A stretch of 63,685 nucleotides of DNA, counting the filler, from Chiloscyllium plagiosum (taxonomy: Eukaryota), in the NCBI RefSeq assembly GCF_004010195.1. It is 4 parts of one record of this genome, joined end to end, with 100 filler letters (N's around TTAATTAATTAA, not from the genome) between each part and the next. Parts side by side here need not be neighbours in the genome. Positions count along the whole stretch, not along the records: positions 1 to 29,667 come from NC_057710.1; 3 more parts are not named here. One strand, written 5' to 3'. Below the pieces are notes generated by a model. It was given only the letters and a program-made list of their open reading frames with translations. It was not told where the DNA came from and did no database searches. This document shows positions 1-11,800 of this stretch, one piece after another. The first letter of the stretch is position 1; each line of letters starts with the position of its first letter. The position numbers and the translations under genes are program-made.

Positions 1-443
1 TACCTATCCAGATGCCTTTTAAATGTTGCAATTGTACCAGCCTCCAGCACTTCCTGTGGCAGCTCATTCCATACACGTACCATCCTCTGCATGAAAACGT
101 TGTCCCTTAGGTCTCTTTTATATCTTTCCCCTCTCACCCTAGGTCTCTTTTATATCTTTCCCCTCTCACCCTAAACCTATGCCCTCTAGTTCTGGACTCT
201 CCGACCCCAGGGAAAAGACTTTGTCTATTTATCCTATCCATGCCCCTCATAATTTTGTAAATCTCTATAAGGTCACCCCTCAGTCTCCGACGCTCCAGGG
301 AAAACAGCCCCAGCCTGTTCAGCCACACCCTATAGCTCAGATTCTCCAACCCTGGCAACATCCTTGTAAATCTTTTCTGAACCCTTTCAAGTTTCACAAC
401 ATCTTTCCGACAGGAAGGAGACCAGAATTGCACGCAATATTCT
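1..443 (-). mobile_element. CR1-clade LINE, 3' ORF2 fragment
   Basis: ORF 134..433(-) QFWSP..KDVVKLERVQKRFTRMLPGL..LGLFSLERRRLRGDLIE is the typical CR1 ORF2 C-terminus; ~33-bp internal tandem duplication near 107-172. Confidence 0.9.
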
Positions 444-1220
444 AAATGGTTGAGTGGTAGGCAGCAGAAAGTTGGGATAATGTGTAGGTAGTGAAATTGA
501 CAGATTGTGACCAGCAGTGTCCCACAAGGAACTCCGTTAAACCCTCAATTATTCATATTATTTATTAACAACTTGGATATTGGCATAGAAAGTCCTATAT
601 CCAAATTTGCTGATTACATTGATTTAGGGAACATCATATACAGTGTAGATGATAGCATAAAATTACAATGGCTTATGAGCCAAAGTTTAGCAGGTGAAGT
701 TCAGTGTAAGCAAATGTGAGGGTCGAGAAAGGCTAGATCAGGGTACTTTCTAGCTGGTATGAAGTTAAATACAGTAGATAGACAAAGCGATAGCAGATAC
801 ATAGATACTTAAAATGTAATGAAAAGGTGCAGAAAATAATCAATAAATCTAATGGAGTGCTGGCCTTTATATGTGGAGAAATGAAGTAAAAGGATGCAGA
901 TGTTATGCTGTAGTTTTTCAAAATCCTGGTTCGCCCCCACTTGGAGCACTGTGAGGAGATCAGGGCACCACACCTCAGGAAGGATATATTGGCCTTGGAG
1001 GGAGTACGATGTAGTTTTATAAGAAAGATATCTGCACTTCAGGGGTCAAGTTCTCAGAAGAGATTTTACAAATTAGGCCTAGTTTCTGTAGGATTTGGAA
1101 GATTAAGGGATGATCTGGAGCAAAGGGAGGTATGTGGAATTAGGTCATGGATCAGCCACAATTTCAGTAAATGGTGGAACAGGCTTGAGGGGCTGAATGG
1201 CCTACTTCTGTTCCTGTTTG
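444..1220 (+). mobile_element. Older decayed CR1 LINE 3' fragment (RT to tail)
   Basis: VTSSVPQG..LNPQLFILFINNLD..ISKFAD (507..719) and LRKDILALEGV (941..). Confidence 0.8.
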
Positions 1221-1535
1221 TGAAAGGTCAAACATACTACCATGATGGGCCATGTGAAGCTAAAGTCTACTGTTGTTCGCAAGGAAAGAAGTTTGATTAG
1301 AAGATGAAGTTAACCTACAGCAAAAACAGCAATGATGGTAGTAAAAGGGTAAGTAAAACTTCAAGCTGCAATAATTCTGTTTGATGATAGGGTTCAGTTA
1401 AGAAAGTGACTAGTGCTCTACTGATCACCCCAACATCATGTATAACACTTACTGGTATATTTCCAGCCTGCAGTTAGTGGCCATCCACACTGGTAAAGCA
1501 GAAAGAAGTATACACCTATGTCTATCTCTGGACAT

Positions 1536-1645
1536 AGCTGAAAATGTGTTGCTGGAAAAACGCAGCAGGTCAGGCAGCATCCAAGGAGCAGGAGAATCGA
1601 CGTTTCGGGCATGATCCCTTCTTCAGGAATGAGCCCTTCTCATTC
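1536..1645 (-). mobile_element. PLE family B terminal-repeat fragment with hammerhead motif
   Basis: Same sequence as the end of the PLE at 32743-32872; minus strand 1595-1630 reads ATTC CTGAAGA A GGGA TCAT GCCC GAAACGT C GATT. Confidence 0.75.
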
Positions 1646-1936
1646 TGCTGCCTCACAGCGCCAGAGACCCGGGTTCATTTCCCGCCTCAGGCGACTGACT
1701 GTGTGGAGTTTGCACATTCTCCCCGTGTCTGCGTGGGTTTCCTCCGGGTGCTCCGGTTTCCTCCCACAGTCCAAAAATGTGCAGGTTAGGTGAATTGGCC
1801 ATGCTAAATTGCCCGCAGTGTTAGGGGCAGGGGTAAATGTAGGGGAATGGGTCTGGGTGGGTTGCGCTTCGGCAGGTCGGTGTGGACTTGTTGGGCCGAA
1901 GGGCCTGTTTCCACACTGTAGGTAATCTAATCTAAT
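1646..1936 (+). mobile_element. HE1-like tRNA-derived V-SINE (5' clipped)
   Basis: B-box-like GGTTCATTTCC, V-domain TGTGTGGAGTTTGCACATTCTCCCCGTGTCTGCGTGGGTTTCCTCCGGGTGCTCCGG, CR1-like tail ending (TAATC)n. Confidence 0.85.
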
Positions 1937-2642
1937 CACTGCCCTCACTCCAGCCCCCCCACTACTGACCAGACAGTGTAAGCTCAAACCCGAATCATTT
2001 GCATTTGTGGATGTGGTCAAATTTCTAGGCCACTTGGACAGAGGTGTCTTTGATTGTCTCAAATTATCCCTCAAATTGTTGGAATATGTACCACACAAAT
2101 GGACTTTTGACCCAACCAGTTTATGACATCCAGACTAACATGAAGACCTGCCTTTCTGAAGGTTATCACGTTTCTCGTTTACCTGGTTACCATCTTCCCC
2201 TCCAGAAGGCTTGCTACCCTCACTGGTGCTGTTACCTTTTCCAGCTAGTTTTATCATCTCTTCACTCTGACCATTCTATGATCTGGTCAAACAGATGTTA
2301 ATCAGATCCTGCCTGTTTCATTTCTCTCCCAAAATCAAATTCTACTTTCAGGTTGAATCTTTGTCCTTTGGGGATCAGGAAATCTTTTTAAAAGTTTACA
2401 TGAACTTTCAAAATTGAAGGCGTTTGGTAAAGAACATAAGACAATTTTTCTTTCCACAATGGCAAAAGGTTCAAATCTCAGGAGATATAAAATCTTCCAT
2501 TCTCATTTTAATAGAGACCACAATCCTTCAAATGTCATTCTCCCACGATTCCAATATTGACTTTGTTCTATTCTCATAGTTTAGCCATCTCCTATCTTTT
2601 CTGATGACTCCAACTTCCTGACCAGAATTTCCAAAAAGTCTT

Positions 2643-3116
2643 CATAGACTCATACAGTCATAGAGATGTACAGGACAGAAACAGACCTTTCGGTCCAACT
2701 TGTCCATGCTAACCAGCTGTCTGAAATTAGTCAAGTCCCATTTGCCAGCACTTGGCCCATATCCCTCTAAACCCTTCCTATTCATATTCCCATCCAGATG
2801 CCTTTTAAGTGTTGTAATTGTACCAGCCTCCACCACTTCATTCCATACATGAATACACCCCTTGCATGTAAAAGTTGCCCCTTACGTCTCTTTTAAATAT
2901 TTCTCCTCTCACCTAAAACTCATGTCCTCTAGTTCTGGACTCCCCCAACTCAGGGAAAAGATCTTGTCTATTTACCCTCATGCTTTTATAAACTTCTATA
3001 AAGTCACCCCTCAGCTTCCGATGCTCCAGGGAAAACAGCCCCAGCCTATTCGGCCTCTCCCTTTAGCTCAAACCCTCCAAACCTCACAACATCGTTGTAA
3101 ATCTTTTCTGAACCCT
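2643..3116 (-). mobile_element. CR1 LINE 3' end
   Basis: VEAGTITTLKRHLDG..; short repeat tail CATAGACT/CATAGAGT-like at the left end. Confidence 0.85.
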
Positions 3117-3577
3117 CGAAGTTTGTGCGAAGATTTGTAGCTCGGGGGCTCGTTGTTGTGGTTCTGTTCGCCGAGCTGGAAGTTTTTGTTGCAAACGTTT
3201 CGTCCCCTGGCTAGGCGACATCATCAGTGCTTGGGAGCCTCCTGCGAAGCGCTTCTTTGATGTTTCCTCCGGTGTTTATAGTGGTCTGTCCCTGCCGCTT
3301 CCGGTTGTCAGTTTCAGCTGTCCGTTGTAGTGGTTGGTATATTGGGTCCAGGTCGATGTGTTTGTTGATGGAGTTTGTGGATGAATGCCATGCCTCTAGG
3401 AATTCCCTGGCTGTTCTCTGTCTGGCTTGCCCTATGATAGTAGTGTTGTCCCAGTCGAATTCATGTTGCTTGTTGTCTGCGTGTGTGGCTACTAAGGATA
3501 GCTGGTTGTGTCGTTTCGTGGCTAGTTGATGTTCAACAATCCGCATACATGAACATCAACTAGCCACGAAACGACAC
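3117..3577 (-). mobile_element. Penelope-like element family A, 3' end (GIY-YIG C-terminal half, terminal repeat, short 5' inversion)
   Basis: ORF 3211..3546(-) RIVEHQLATKRH..H..HEFDWDNTTII..REFLEAWH..SINK matches PLE GIY-YIG endonuclease C-terminus; ~3552-3577 is an inverted copy of ~3508-3535. Confidence 0.85.
3191..3230 (-). ncRNA. Minimal type I hammerhead ribozyme motif (family A)
   Basis: Minus strand GCA CTGATGA T GTCGCCT AGCC AGGGGAC GAA ACGT T TGC: stem I GCA/TGC, intact core, stem II, palindromic ACGT stem III. Confidence 0.75.
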
Positions 3578-4758
3578 TCATAGCCCTTAACACTATGACA
3601 GTCCCAGTCTATGTTCAGAAAGTTAAAATCCCCTATCATTACAACCCTATTATTCTTATGGATAATGGACATCTCCTTACAAATGTGTTTCTCAATGTCC
3701 CACTGACTATTGCGGGGTCTACAGTGCAATCTCAATAAGGTAATCATCCCTTTCTTATTTCTCAGTTCAACCCAAATAACTAAAAACACCATTCCCCCTT
3801 CTCTCTTGCCCCCTTTTATATCCTTCCTATATCATTTGTATCCTGGAACATTAAGCTGCCAGTCCTGTCCATCCCTGAGCCATGTCTCTGTAATCGCTAT
3901 GATATCCCAGTCCCATGTTCCTAATCATGCCCTGAGTCCTTGACTTTTCTGTTAGGCCTCTTGCATTGAAAAATGCAGTTCAATTTATCTCATTCTCTGC
4001 TTTGTTCCTGCCTGCCTTGATGGCCCCTTTCCCAACGGTACCAGTTTCAGATTGATCACTTTCCTCACTAAATCCCTGGGTCCTACCCGTCCACCTTATT
4101 AGTTCAAATCCTCCCAAGTAGTTCTAGCAAATTTACCTGCTAGTATCTCCTTCCAATTCAGGTGCAACGTGTACTTCTTGTACAGGTCACTTCTACCCCA
4201 GAGGAGATTCCAATGATCCAAAAATGTAAACCCTTCTCCCTACACCAGTTCCTCAGCCATTCGTTCACCAGCTCTATCCTTCTATTCCTGCCCTCACTAG
4301 CTCACAGCACCAGGCATAATCTAGATTTAACTACCCTCGAGTACCTCCTTTTTAAATTCCTGCCTAACTTCCTGTATTCTCCCTTCAGAATCTCATTCTT
4401 TTACCTTCCTATATCATTGGTTCCAATGTGTACATCGACCTCCCTGCTGGTCCCTCTCACCATTGAGAACATTCTGCACCCTCTCTGAGATATCCTTGAT
4501 CCTGGCACCAGGGAGGCAACACATCATTCTGATTTCTCACTGTCAGCCGCAGGAATGTCTATCTGTGCCCCTTAATTGGAGAGTCCCCTTTCACAATCGA
4601 TCACTTGGAACCTGATGTGCCCCTTGTACATTAGAGCTAGTGTCGGTCTCAGAAACTTGGTTGTTCATACTACATTCCCCTGAGTGTCCATCACGCTCTA
4701 TATTTTCCAAAACAGCATACTTGTTGTGGTTCTGTTCGCCGAGCTGGAAGTTTTTGTT

Positions 4759-4798
4759 GCAAACGTTTCGTCCCCTGGCTAGGCGACATCATCAGTGC
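4759..4798 (-). ncRNA. Minimal hammerhead ribozyme motif (family A)
   Basis: Identical to 3191-3230. Confidence 0.7.
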
Positions 4799-4920
4799 TG
4801 GGTACCCAATATACCAACCACGACAGCGGACAGCTGAAACTGACAACCAGAAGCGGCAGGGACAGACCACTATAAACACCGGAGGAAACAACAAAGAAGC
4901 GCTTCGCAGGAGGCTCCCAA

Positions 4921-4960
4921 GCACTGATGATGTCGCCCAGCCAGGGGACGAAACGTTTGC
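4921..4960 (+). ncRNA. Minimal hammerhead ribozyme motif (family A)
   Basis: GCA CTGATGA T GTCGCCCAGCCAGGGGAC GAA ACGT T TGC. Confidence 0.75.
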
Positions 4961-5113
4961 AACAAAAACCTCCAGCTCTCCATCAACAAACACATCGACC
5001 TGGACCCAATATACCAACCACTACAGCGGACAGCTGAAACTGGAAGCGGCAGGGACAGACCACTATAAACACCGGAGAAAACATCAAAGAAACGCTTCGC
5101 AGGAGGCTCCCAA

Positions 5114-5153
5114 GCACTGATGATGTCGCCTAGCCAGGGGACGAATCGTTTGC
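5114..5153 (+). ncRNA. Hammerhead motif with core mutation (GAAA to GAAT)
   Basis: GCA CTGATGA T GTCGCCTAGCCAGGGGAC GAA TCGT T TGC. Confidence 0.6.
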
Positions 5154-6032
5154 AACAAAATCTTCCAGCTCGGCGAACAGAACCACAACAACGAGCACCC
5201 GAGCTACAAATCTTCGCACAAACTTTGAACAGCATACTTGTTTGAAATGGGGATAGCCACAGAAGACCCCGGCACTACATGCCTCCCTCTCTTACCTTCC
5301 TAGAGTTAACCCATCTATGTGACTGTATCTGCAACTTTTCTCCCTTCCTATAACTGCCATCCATCACATCCCCTTGCTCTTGTAAATTCCTCATTGCTTC
5401 TAACTGTTTGTCCAACCGATCCATTTGATCTGATAAGATTCACAACCAAAGACACGTCCTGCAGACATTACCATCAGTAACATGGAAACTCTCCCTAAAC
5501 TCCCACATTCTACAGGAAGAGCATATCACACTACTAAAGGCCGTCTTTGCACCTTAACAATCTGCAGTCTTGCCGCTCTAAAAAACACTGCTCCAGGCTA
5601 ACTTAGTATCAATGTTCTATATTTTTAAATTTTAAGTAATATTCAGATTTCAATAAAACATATATCCAAAAAGAACCTACTCTACTCACTATTAAAAAAA
5701 AGCAAGATTATACTTAAGAACCATGCACATTTCTGTTCCTGTGCGGTGAGCTCTTCCACACACGTTCCTCCAGGATCAGCTGTGAATTTCTCTGTTTGTT
5801 AATTTTTCTTAATACACACTTCGATGTCCAGAAATACTATGAATTCAAACAACAAAGACAGTATCTGTGCAGATTCAATGCTGTGTCAGACAACAGTATA
5901 GGTTTCTTTATTTCTCTCTCTCTCTCACAGTGACCATGTGGTTGCTGCCTATGATCTCTTCCTCCTTTTTGAAGTGCAGTTTTTTGATCTTTTTCCCCCT
6001 AAAGTTCCAAAACAATGTTACAGCTTATAAAA

Positions 6033-6345
6033 CGGTGGCACAGTAGTTAGCACTGCTGCCTCACAGCGCCAGAGACCTGGGTTCAATTCCCGCCTCAGGC
6101 GACTGACTGTGTGGAGTTTGCACATTCTCCCTGTGTCTGCGTGGGTTTCCTCCGGGTGCTCCGGTTTCCTCCCACAGTCCAAAGATGTGCAGGTCAGGTG
6201 AATTGGCCATGCTAAATTGCCCGTAGTGTTAGGTGAAGGGGTAAATGTAGGGGAATGGGTCTGGGTGGGTGTGCTTCAGCTGGTCGGCATGGACTTGTTG
6301 GGCTGAAGGGCCTGTTTCCACACTGTAAGTAATCTAAAAAAAAAG
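6033..6345 (+). mobile_element. HE1-like V-SINE inserted in CR1 5'UTR
   Basis: A-box-like GGTGGCACAGTAG, B box GGTTCAATTCC, V-domain; duplicated tail (AAGTAATCT-A9)x2. Confidence 0.85.
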
Positions 6346-6484
6346 TAATCTAAAAAAAAAGTAATTACTGCCCCTGGAATTCAAGGAAGTCACTTCCAAC
6401 ACCTAAAATACCTCAAAAATGGAGCAGCTGTCAGAGCCACAATTTTTTTCCGTCCTCCATCTTAGATTACCCAAAATCCTTTCT

Positions 6485-6970
6485 CATAGAGTCATACAGC
6501 ATGGAAACAGAGCCTTTGATCCAACCAGTCCATGCTGACTACAATTCCAAACTAACTAGTCCCACCTGCCTGCGCTTGGCCTATATCCCTCCAAACATGA
6601 TTTATTCACGTACTTATCCAAATGTTCTTTAACGGTGGAAAAAGTGAGGATTGCAGATGCTGGAGATCAGAGTCAAGAGTGTGTTGCTGGGAAAGCACAG
6701 CAGGTCAGTGAGCATCCGAGGAGCAGGAGAATCGACGGTTCGGGAAGGCTCCATTCCTCATGAAGGGCTTCTGCCCGAAACGTCGATTCTCCTGCTTGTT
6801 CTTCAAACGTTGTAACTGTATCCACAACTATCATTCCCTATGGAAGTTCATTCCACATATGAACCACTCTCTGCACAAAAAAGTTGCTCCTCACGTCTTA
6901 CCTTAAAAATACGTCCCCTAGTCTTGAAATCCCCCACCCTAGAAAAATGACACCCTCCCTTCACCTTATC
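6485..6970 (-). mobile_element. CR1 3' end interrupted by a palindromic PLE-B insertion (~6640-6796)
   Basis: CATAGAGTCATACAGCATGGAAACAG tail; insert has inverted arms GCAGGAGAATCGACG..CGTCGATTCTCCTGC. Confidence 0.7.
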
Positions 6971-6989
6971 CCTCATGTTGGTATAAAGG

Positions 6990-7800
6990 GTCTTTCAGCT
7001 TCTATGTTCCATTCCCTGCACCTCTGTCTTCCCTCCCAGAACCACAATAAATTCTCCCTCTCCCCACCATTCATCTCACCCTGCCTCCATACTAAGTGGA
7101 TCATTCTCTGCCATTTGCACATTCTCCCCGTGTCTGTGTGGGTTTTCTCCGGGTGCTCCAGTTTCCTCCCACAGTCCAAAGATGTGCAGGTCAGGTGAAT
7201 TGCCCGTAGTGTTAGATGAAGGGGTAAATGGAGGGGAAGGTGTCTGGGTGGGTTGCCCATCGGAGGGTCAGTGTGGACTTGTTGAGCCAAAGGGCCTGTT
7301 TCCACACTGTAAGTAATCTAATCTAATCTAATTTCCACCACTTCCAGAGTGACACCAGAAACAAAACATACCCCCCACTGCACCACTACCTTTCAACATT
7401 TCAATGGAGTGGTCCCTGTGTGATACCTGGCCTATTCCCCAATTCCATTACTACCCACTTGTTTTCCCATAGCACCTTCCAATTCAACTATTGGAGACAC
7501 ATTCCATTTCCTTATAGCTTTTAACTCCTCTCTTCTCACCAGGCGTATTTTCCAGATGAAACCGTGATTTACTGGTACTTCTGCCAATTCTGTACACTGC
7601 ATTCACTGCTTGCATGGCAAACTATTCCACATTTGCCCAATCTCAGATTAGGTGACCACTTAATTGAACATCTCCTTCCCTTTAAGAGTGTCATCTTGTT
7701 GCCTGGCATTTTAATTCCTTGTTCCCACATTGTAATCTTCCACCCTGTTTCTGTAAATCTCACCATGAGTTTGAGGAACTGTACCTCATCTTGCGATTGA
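6990..7800 (+). mobile_element. Decayed PLE (family B-like) with nested HE1 SINE fragment (7113-7331)
   Basis: Similar to the reverse complement of 33100-33700 (e.g. TGCATTCACTGCT..TCCACATT..AGATTAGGTGACCACTTAATTGAACATCT in the GIY-YIG region). Confidence 0.5.
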
Positions 7801-7883
7801 TTATGTTACCACCTTTTGGAGACATATCAAGGCCAATAATTAAGGGTCATAAGCATGGGCCCACTTTTTTTGGGACAGCAACA

Positions 7884-8383
7884 NNNNNNNNNNNNNNNNN
7901 NNNNNNNNNNNNNNNNNNNNNNNNNNNNNNNNNNNNNNNNNNNNNNNNNNNNNNNNNNNNNNNNNNNNNNNNNNNNNNNNNNNNNNNNNNNNNNNNNNNN
8001 NNNNNNNNNNNNNNNNNNNNNNNNNNNNNNNNNNNNNNNNNNNNNNNNNNNNNNNNNNNNNNNNNNNNNNNNNNNNNNNNNNNNNNNNNNNNNNNNNNNN
8101 NNNNNNNNNNNNNNNNNNNNNNNNNNNNNNNNNNNNNNNNNNNNNNNNNNNNNNNNNNNNNNNNNNNNNNNNNNNNNNNNNNNNNNNNNNNNNNNNNNNN
8201 NNNNNNNNNNNNNNNNNNNNNNNNNNNNNNNNNNNNNNNNNNNNNNNNNNNNNNNNNNNNNNNNNNNNNNNNNNNNNNNNNNNNNNNNNNNNNNNNNNNN
8301 NNNNNNNNNNNNNNNNNNNNNNNNNNNNNNNNNNNNNNNNNNNNNNNNNNNNNNNNNNNNNNNNNNNNNNNNNNNNNNNNNNN
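7884..8383. other. Assembly gap (500 N)
   Basis: N run; ORFs crossing it are artefacts. Confidence 1.
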
Positions 8384-9149
8384 GTGCTTTTCCAGCACCA
8401 CACTCTCGACTCTGATCTACCAGCATCTGCAGTCCTCGCTTTCTCCTTTGTTTCGGATATTGCCCACAGAGGCTCATTGCAACCTTCCCCAGTGGATCAG
8501 AAGCTGTGGTTATCCCTGTAGCCGCTGCTGTCAATGGCTGCTACACGAATGCACGAGGAAAACGTGCATCTGCAAACACTGGACCGGTATCACTATGTAG
8601 AGCTTCCCATTACTGCAGAGATTCCAGGTGCTTCATGATGTGGGGAAGATGTAGGGGAGCCTGGTCACTCAAATTCCACGGAATGCCGTGACAGATGCAA
8701 AAAAAAACCCAGAGATGGTGGAACCCAAAGTAGGCACCTCCTTCCAATAAGAACCTCAGCTGGCCATCGAGACAAGATTTCTATGAAGGGCCTGGGGCTT
8801 CAGACCGTATCGTTCAGACAGAGGACACTCCTTGAAGCTCAGAAACTCTGCGGAAGCACAAGGGATAGACAACGGAAACGGAGAGAGAGAGAGAGTCAGC
8901 TTTGCGATGATAAGGATGTTTGTCAGCTGAAGCAACACCTCCTGCGTCCTCCAGTGCGTGACAGTTGGCCAAAGCAATGCAGCAAGGAGTTCCCTGTGAG
9001 CAATGGAACTGAGTTTTGTAAAATTTTCTTTCACTGACTAAATGTTTTGAAGCTGTTGAGGCGTGCGGTTCCTGGATAATCCCAGCTGCAAGGGCAGCTT
9101 TGATCTCTGTGTGTGGTTCATGCTGTTTAATATAGATTGAAGTTACAAA

Positions 9150-9985
9150 CTGGCTGAGAAGTGACAGATGGAGTTTAATTTAGGTAAATATGAGGTGCTG
9201 CATTTTGGGAAAGCAAATCTTAGCAGGACTTATACATTTAATGGCAAGGTCCTAGGGAGTGTTGCTGAACAAAGAGACCTTGGAGTGCAGGTTCATAGCT
9301 CCTTGAAAGTGGAGTCGCAGGTAGATAGGATAGTGAAGAAGGTGTTTGGTATGCTTTCCTTTATTGGTCAGAGTATTGAGTACAGGAGTTGGGAGGTCAT
9401 GTTGCGGCTGTACAGGACATTGGTTAGGACACTGTTGGAATATTGTGTGCAATTCTGGTCTCCTTCCTCTCGGAAAGATGTTGTGAAACTTGAAAGGGTT
9501 CAGAAAAGATTTACAAGGATGTTGCCAGGGTTGGAGGATTTGAATTATAGGGTGAGGCTGAACAGGGTAGGGTTGTTTTCCCTGGAGTGTCAGAGGCTGA
9601 GGGGTGATCTTATAGAGGTTTATAAAATCATGAGGGACATGGGATAGGGTAAATACACAAAGTCTTTTCCCTGGGGTCGGGGAGTCCAGAACTAGAAGGC
9701 ATAGGTTTAGGGGGAGAGGGGAAAGATATAAAAGAGACCTAAGGGGCAACGTTTTCATGCAGAGGATGGTACGCGTATGGAATGAGCTGACAGAGGAAGT
9801 GATGGAGGCTGGTACAATTGCAACATTTAAAAGGCATCTGGATAGGTATGTGAATAGGAACGGTTTGGAGAGGTATGGGCCGGGTGCTGGCAGGTGGGAC
9901 TAGATTGTGTTGGGATATCTGGTCGGCATGGACGGGTTGGACCGAAGGGTCTGTATCTGTGTTGTACATCTCTATGACTCTATGA
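9150..9985 (+). mobile_element. CR1 LINE 3' fragment, well preserved
   Basis: ORF 9168..9647 MEFN..K.EVLHFG..QRDLGVQV..LEYCVQFWSP..LRGDLIEVYKIM; tail CTATGACTCTATGA. Confidence 0.92.
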
Positions 9986-11249
9986 TGGAAGCCTTCTCAA
10001 CATCAATGCTCGCTCATCCAATCCCGACCCAGATTCATACTAGAAGGGATGCTGTGGAAAGGACAGCTATTGATCAAACAGGTTTAGAATATCATGTGGT
10101 GTGAACAATAGCTCCTCTCTGTTCCAACATTCCCATGATCGCAGCAAAAATGACATTTGTCCCTACAGCTGATGATGGTGGTACCTATATTTACAAATTC
10201 TTTGGATCGTGCTGCAACAAAATTTGACACGGAGCCTCGAAAGGAGATATAAGTGTACCTCAGAGGAAGTTCATGCATTGAAGAGGTTTCAGATGGCAAT
10301 TTCAGAGATTGGGTTGTTTGTAAAACACAGTTATTTTTGTAGCTATCTGTATCAAGGAGCTTGCTGACCTTTGAGGAAGGTAGGATGCACACATGTCCAC
10401 CATATTCCACACAGGCCATGCAGATGAGAGCAGTATGACACACAGTGACCGTCACAAGATAGGAATGACACAGAAGCAGCAGAGCAGGACTGACAGACCC
10501 AGTTCCCCTGAATCAACTTTTATTACAAACTTACCCAAATATTTGAAGATCTCACTTCCTCTTTACAATGAGTCAAAGGAGTTGCTTCATAATAGCTCTT
10601 TGAAATGCACAGAGTTATAATTTCACAATGGCTGAATCAAAGTCCATGTTTTCTCTTATTTACAGTATTTGGAGACCTCTATTGGTGTTTGCAGGATTGG
10701 CTTCCACCGCTGTGCCCATTACTCTCTGAATATTGTAAACGACGCATGCAGTTCTCACTGCTCAGAACAGATTTGTTCATTTCAACCTGAACTGCACATG
10801 ATGTACAATAGCTGTTATAATGTGGATATGCTGTTACAGTAACTGAAAGGAATGTTACTGAGGCAAAGTTTCACAAAAACCCTTCACACAGTGGCTCCAT
10901 TTTGATACTTGAAAGTCACCATTACCCATCAGTGAGAGTAGGGTTATAGCAGGAGAGGTCTGTGATATGGGTAGAACATGTCGTAAACCTATAGACCGTA
11001 TACGAATGGATCCCATGGGAGTTATATGCAGCTTATCTCCCCTCATTGGATGTCATCAGCTATCTTCTGTGTTTATTTGACCAAAGAGGCAGATTTGTTC
11101 ACACTCTCAGCAGTGTCACGAAAAGATTGTTGCTCGCATAACACTCCCTTTGTCACTGGCATTGACAATTCTATTGGAGGAAGTTGATTGCCAAAGTGTT
11201 ACACTATCTAGCAGGATCAAGTACAGATTCCTGAAGGAAGTGGGTTATA

Positions 11250-11800
11250 CCACTCATTCTTGTCCTCAGCATTGCACCACCTCACCGCACTCATGAACGT
11301 AAGGATCAAAGCATCCCTCGCCTCTGCTGCTGTTATCCAAGATGTTTTTCAGAGGTGATCAATGCTTCACCAGTATAACCTCTATCATCCTTGGGATGGT
11401 TGCTTCTTAAGTCTGACACTTCACCAGGTCCTACTGCTCAGATGACAGAAAGTGTACGTATACTTACAGATGTGAAAATCCATGCAGGGGGAATCATCTG
11501 TGAAAAACATCACGCCTGGAAATCCAACAAGAAACAAAGTCAATGCTGTATTGTTTGGAAACAAAGTAATGAACTTGCGAAATTCCTGTGAAGTAAGTGC
11601 AGTGCTTGACCTAAGTAGAACAATGGAGTGTGCCAGTTAATCTGCCAGACTGCAATTCATAATTGCCACAGTTTACCGGAAACCCATTCATTCAGCCACC
11701 TGTCACACTTCATCATCTCCTTCCATTCATAAAAACCTCTTTGTTATCGAGATCCCTGCATTCTGCCTCTTTGATCAGATGCATATTTCACCGACAGACC
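11250..11800 (+). pseudogene. Possible ancient PLE reverse-transcriptase relic
   Basis: Hand translation gives, in the expected order, LTALMNVRIKASL (~SLFTNVPI.EA), LYHPWDGCFL (~YxQxDGxxMG), SAVLDLS (~LPFLD) and ATVYRKPIHS (~TTVYRKPTHT); stops present. Confidence 0.35.

Larger units (their letters stand above)
4721..5227 (+). mobile_element. PLE family A insertion: one inverted plus two tandem direct terminal repeats, 15-bp TSD
   Basis: AACAGCATACTTGTT at 4711-4725 and 5228-5242; inverted unit ~4721-4800, direct units ~4805-4978 and ~4980-5227. Confidence 0.85.
3578..6480 (-). mobile_element. CR1 LINE 5' portion (5'UTR, ORF1, APE endonuclease), decayed, with nested PLE and SINE
   Basis: IWVELRNKKG..RVVMIGDFNF.NIDW (3556..3792) is APE endonuclease; homologous to 39903-41420. 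Confidence 0.8.

Noticed and set aside
6033..6100. tRNA-like heads of SINEs as tRNA genes
   Set aside because: They continue into V-domain and LINE tail and lack a complete acceptor stem.
7719..8600. Long ORFs of 184-293 aa
   Set aside because: They exist only because they cross the 500-N gap.
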